Notes under the pieces: generated by a model
Database searches by the model: none
Told to the model about the DNA's origin: nothing
Seen by the model: only the letters and a program-made list of their open reading frames with translations
In this document: positions 62,036 through 64,000 of the stretch, one piece after another
How positions within the stretch are numbered: position 1 is the first letter of the stretch
Layout: every line of letters begins with the position of its first letter
Made by a program: the position numbers and the translations under genes
Origin: a bacterium
GTDB taxonomy: Bacteria; UBA8248
Direction of reading: 5' to 3'
DNA length: 64,000 bases
Assembly: GCA_965207065.1 (NCBI GenBank)
Contig: OZ242260.1
Coordinates: 480,001 to 544,000 of the forward strand

Positions 62036-62875
62036 ATGAAATTCGGCGTCGCGATTTTCCCGACCGATTATTCCATCGCCCCGCACGAAGTCGCCAAGGA
62101 AGCGGAAGACCGGGGCTTCGAGTCCATTTTCTTCCCGGAGCACACCCACATTCCGGCGAGCCGAAAAACCCCCTGGCCCGGCGGCGCGGAACTCCCGCTT
62201 GAATACTCGCACTCACTCGATCTATTCGTGGGCCTCGGAGCAGCGGCGGCGGCGACGGAAAAAATCATGCTGGGCACGGGCATCTGCCTCGTCATCGAGC
62301 GCGACCCCATCGTCCTCGCCAACGAGGTGGCCTCGCTCGATCACATCTCGAACGGCCGCGTGCTTTTCGGAATCGGCGGCGGCTGGAACCGCGAGGAGAT
62401 GGAAAACCACGGAACGAACTATGAGAAGCGGTGGATCATCCTGCGCGAGCGCATCGAGGCGATGAAAGCCATCTGGACGGAGGATGAGGCCAGCTATCAC
62501 GGGGATTTCGTGGATTTCGAGCGCATCTGGTCCTGGCCCAAGCCGATACAGAAGCCGCACCCGCCAATTTTCGTGGGCGGCAACGGCGCCAGAACGCTCG
62601 AGCGCGTGATTCGCTACGGGGATGAATGGATGCCGCTGCCCCGGGGAGACATGGACCTCTCGCCGCGAATCCGGGAACTTCAGGATATGGCGGCCAAGGC
62701 GGGGCGTGCGCCCATTCCCGTCAGCATTTTCTTTGCACCACCAGACGTAGACAAGCTTCGCGCTCTTGAGAGCAATGGAGTGGGGAGGAGCATTTTCATC
62801 CTGCCATCGGCGAAGGCCGACGTCGTCTTGCCGATACTCGACGAGTTGGCTGGCGTCGTGGCGCAATACGGCTAA
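62036..62875 (+). CDS. Luciferase-like, probable F420-dependent oxidoreductase (Rv2161c-like)
   Basis: FPEHTHIP, GRVLFGIGGGWNREE, WPKPIQKPHPP; SD GGAG. Confidence 0.88.
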   Translation: MKFGVAIFPTDYSIAPHEVAKEAEDRGFESIFFPEHTHIPASRKTPWPGGAELPLEYSHSLDLFVGLGAAAAATEKIMLGTGICLVIERDPIVLANEVASLDHISNGRVLFGIGGGWNREEMENHGTNYEKRWIILRERIEAMKAIWTEDEASYHGDFVDFERIWSWPKPIQKPHPPIFVGGNGARTLERVIRYGDEWMPLPRGDMDLSPRIRELQDMAAKAGRAPIPVSIFFAPPDVDKLRALESNGVGRSIFILPSAKADVVLPILDELAGVVAQYG

Positions 62876-62885
62876 GAGCAAAAAG

Positions 62886-62925
62886 AAAAGGCCCCCGGTA
62901 GTTTCAACCCGCCGGGGGCCTTTTT
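62886..62925. terminator. Bidirectional intrinsic terminator
   Basis: AAAAGGCCCCCGG-loop-CCGGGGGCCTTTTT between convergent genes. Confidence 0.85.
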
Positions 62926-62937
62926 CGCTTGAATGCG

Positions 62938-63402
62938 CTAGTGGCAGATGATCCCGTGTTTCTCGGCATACTGCTGGTGGTAGTCCTCGCCCATCCAGAA
63001 CCGCGACGCCGGTGTAATCTCGGTCACAATCGGGCCCCAATGACGCCCCGATTCCTCCTGCTCCCGCTTCGAAGACTGCGCAGCGGCCTCCTGCTCGGGC
63101 GAGAAGAAATAAACCGCCGAGCGGTACTGGGTGCCCACATCCGGTCCCTGGCGGTTCAGCGTGCACGGATCGTGAATGCGCCAGAACAGATCCAAAAGCT
63201 CCTGATAGGAAACCTTTTCGGGTTCAAACTCCAGATATACGACCTCCGCATGTCCTGTACGGCCCGCACATACTTCCCGGTAGGTCGGCTCGTCTTTCGC
63301 ACCGCCCGAGTACCCCACAGCGGTGTATCCCACCCCTTCCACCTTGCGGAACGCCGCCTCCACTCCCCAGAAACAACCTGCTCCGAACATGGCCTTTTCC
63401 AT
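62938..63402 (-). CDS. msrA: Peptide-methionine (S)-S-oxide reductase
   Basis: [28 protein letters not shown]. Confidence 0.96.
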   Translation of the reverse strand: MEKAMFGAGCFWGVEAAFRKVEGVGYTAVGYSGGAKDEPTYREVCAGRTGHAEVVYLEFEPEKVSYQELLDLFWRIHDPCTLNRQGPDVGTQYRSAVYFFSPEQEAAAQSSKREQEESGRHWGPIVTEITPASRFWMGEDYHQQYAEKHGIICH

Positions 63403-63431
63403 AAACAACGCTCCTCACTGAAAGACAAGAA

Positions 63432-64000
63432 TTACGGATCTACTTCCACACTCCCGGGCGGGCCTTCCACCACCTCGCCGAAAACGGCGGCGGGAGCCAC
63501 ACCAGCTCCGTGCAGTTCGTCCAACAAGGCGCCCGCCTTGTCCGCATCCACTGCGATGATGAGTCCGCCGGAGGTCTGCGCATCATTGAGCAAGGCGAGC
63601 ATCTCCTCATCGACGCCCGGTTTCGCCTCGACGAACGGCTTCGTCCATAAGCGGTTGCGGTCGCCCCCTCCTGCGGTACCCGCGATAGCGTGTGGAAGCA
63701 AATCCTCGAACCGGGGCACATCGGAGAAAACGACGCGCGCTCGCGCGCCACTGGCCTCCATCACATTGTGCAGATGGCCCAGAAGGCCGAACCCGGTGAC
63801 GTCCGTGCAGGCGTTCACGCCTACGCGCATCATGCACTCGCTCGCCTTTCTATTCAGCGACTTCATCGAATTCACCGCCTCTTCGAACACGCCGTCGAGG
63901 AGTTTTCCGTTTTTTCCGAAAATACCGCGCGCGGCCCGAACCACCGGGTTCACCTGTTTCATCACGTTCGTCACCACGCCAGTACCGATTTTCTTCGTCA
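63432..64000 (-). CDS. selD: Selenide, water dikinase (3' part; 5' end outside window)
   Basis: TKKIGTG, ACTDVTGFGLLGH, DAQTSGGL. Confidence 0.88.
   Translation of the reverse strand, partial: TKKIGTGVVTNVMKQVNPVVRAARGIFGKNGKLLDGVFEEAVNSMKSLNRKASECMMRVGVNACTDVTGFGLLGHLHNVMEASGARARVVFSDVPRFEDLLPHAIAGTAGGGDRNRLWTKPFVEAKPGVDEEMLALLNDAQTSGGLIIAVDADKAGALLDELHGAGVAPAAVFGEVVEGPPGSVEVDP

Overview
Bacterial chromosomal window, mostly GC-rich, with about 61 protein-coding genes. No rRNA, tRNA, CRISPR array, integrase or transposase was recognised. Content: acyl-CoA metabolism (ADP-forming CoA ligase, 2 MaoC, SDR), fumC, acnA, rlmN, the folD-xseA-xseB-ispA-dxs-tlyA operon, cysE-iscS-iscU, greA, hydantoinase/oxoprolinase A+B, maf, ispB, thiI, hicBA, msrA, a partial selD, two luciferase-like (F420-type) oxidoreductases, and an unusual ferredoxin-fused molybdopterin enzyme with a putative di-haem membrane partner. 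The most striking unexplained structure is intergenic. Several families of palindromic REP/MITE-like modules are nested and shuffled, and at least twice they bracket accessory genes with direct and/or terminal inverted repeats. One cargo is a three-member paralog family of small membrane-anchored proteins with variable-length heptad/hendecad repeats and a shared 5'UTR motif; two copies also share a promoter. Other notable items are an apparent ATT start codon, an orphan phage-tail-fibre-like gene, two distant loci sharing phased 10-bp repeat motifs, and a lower-GC, repeat-free core region (~16-37 kb). All product calls come from motif recognition by eye; no database searches were run.
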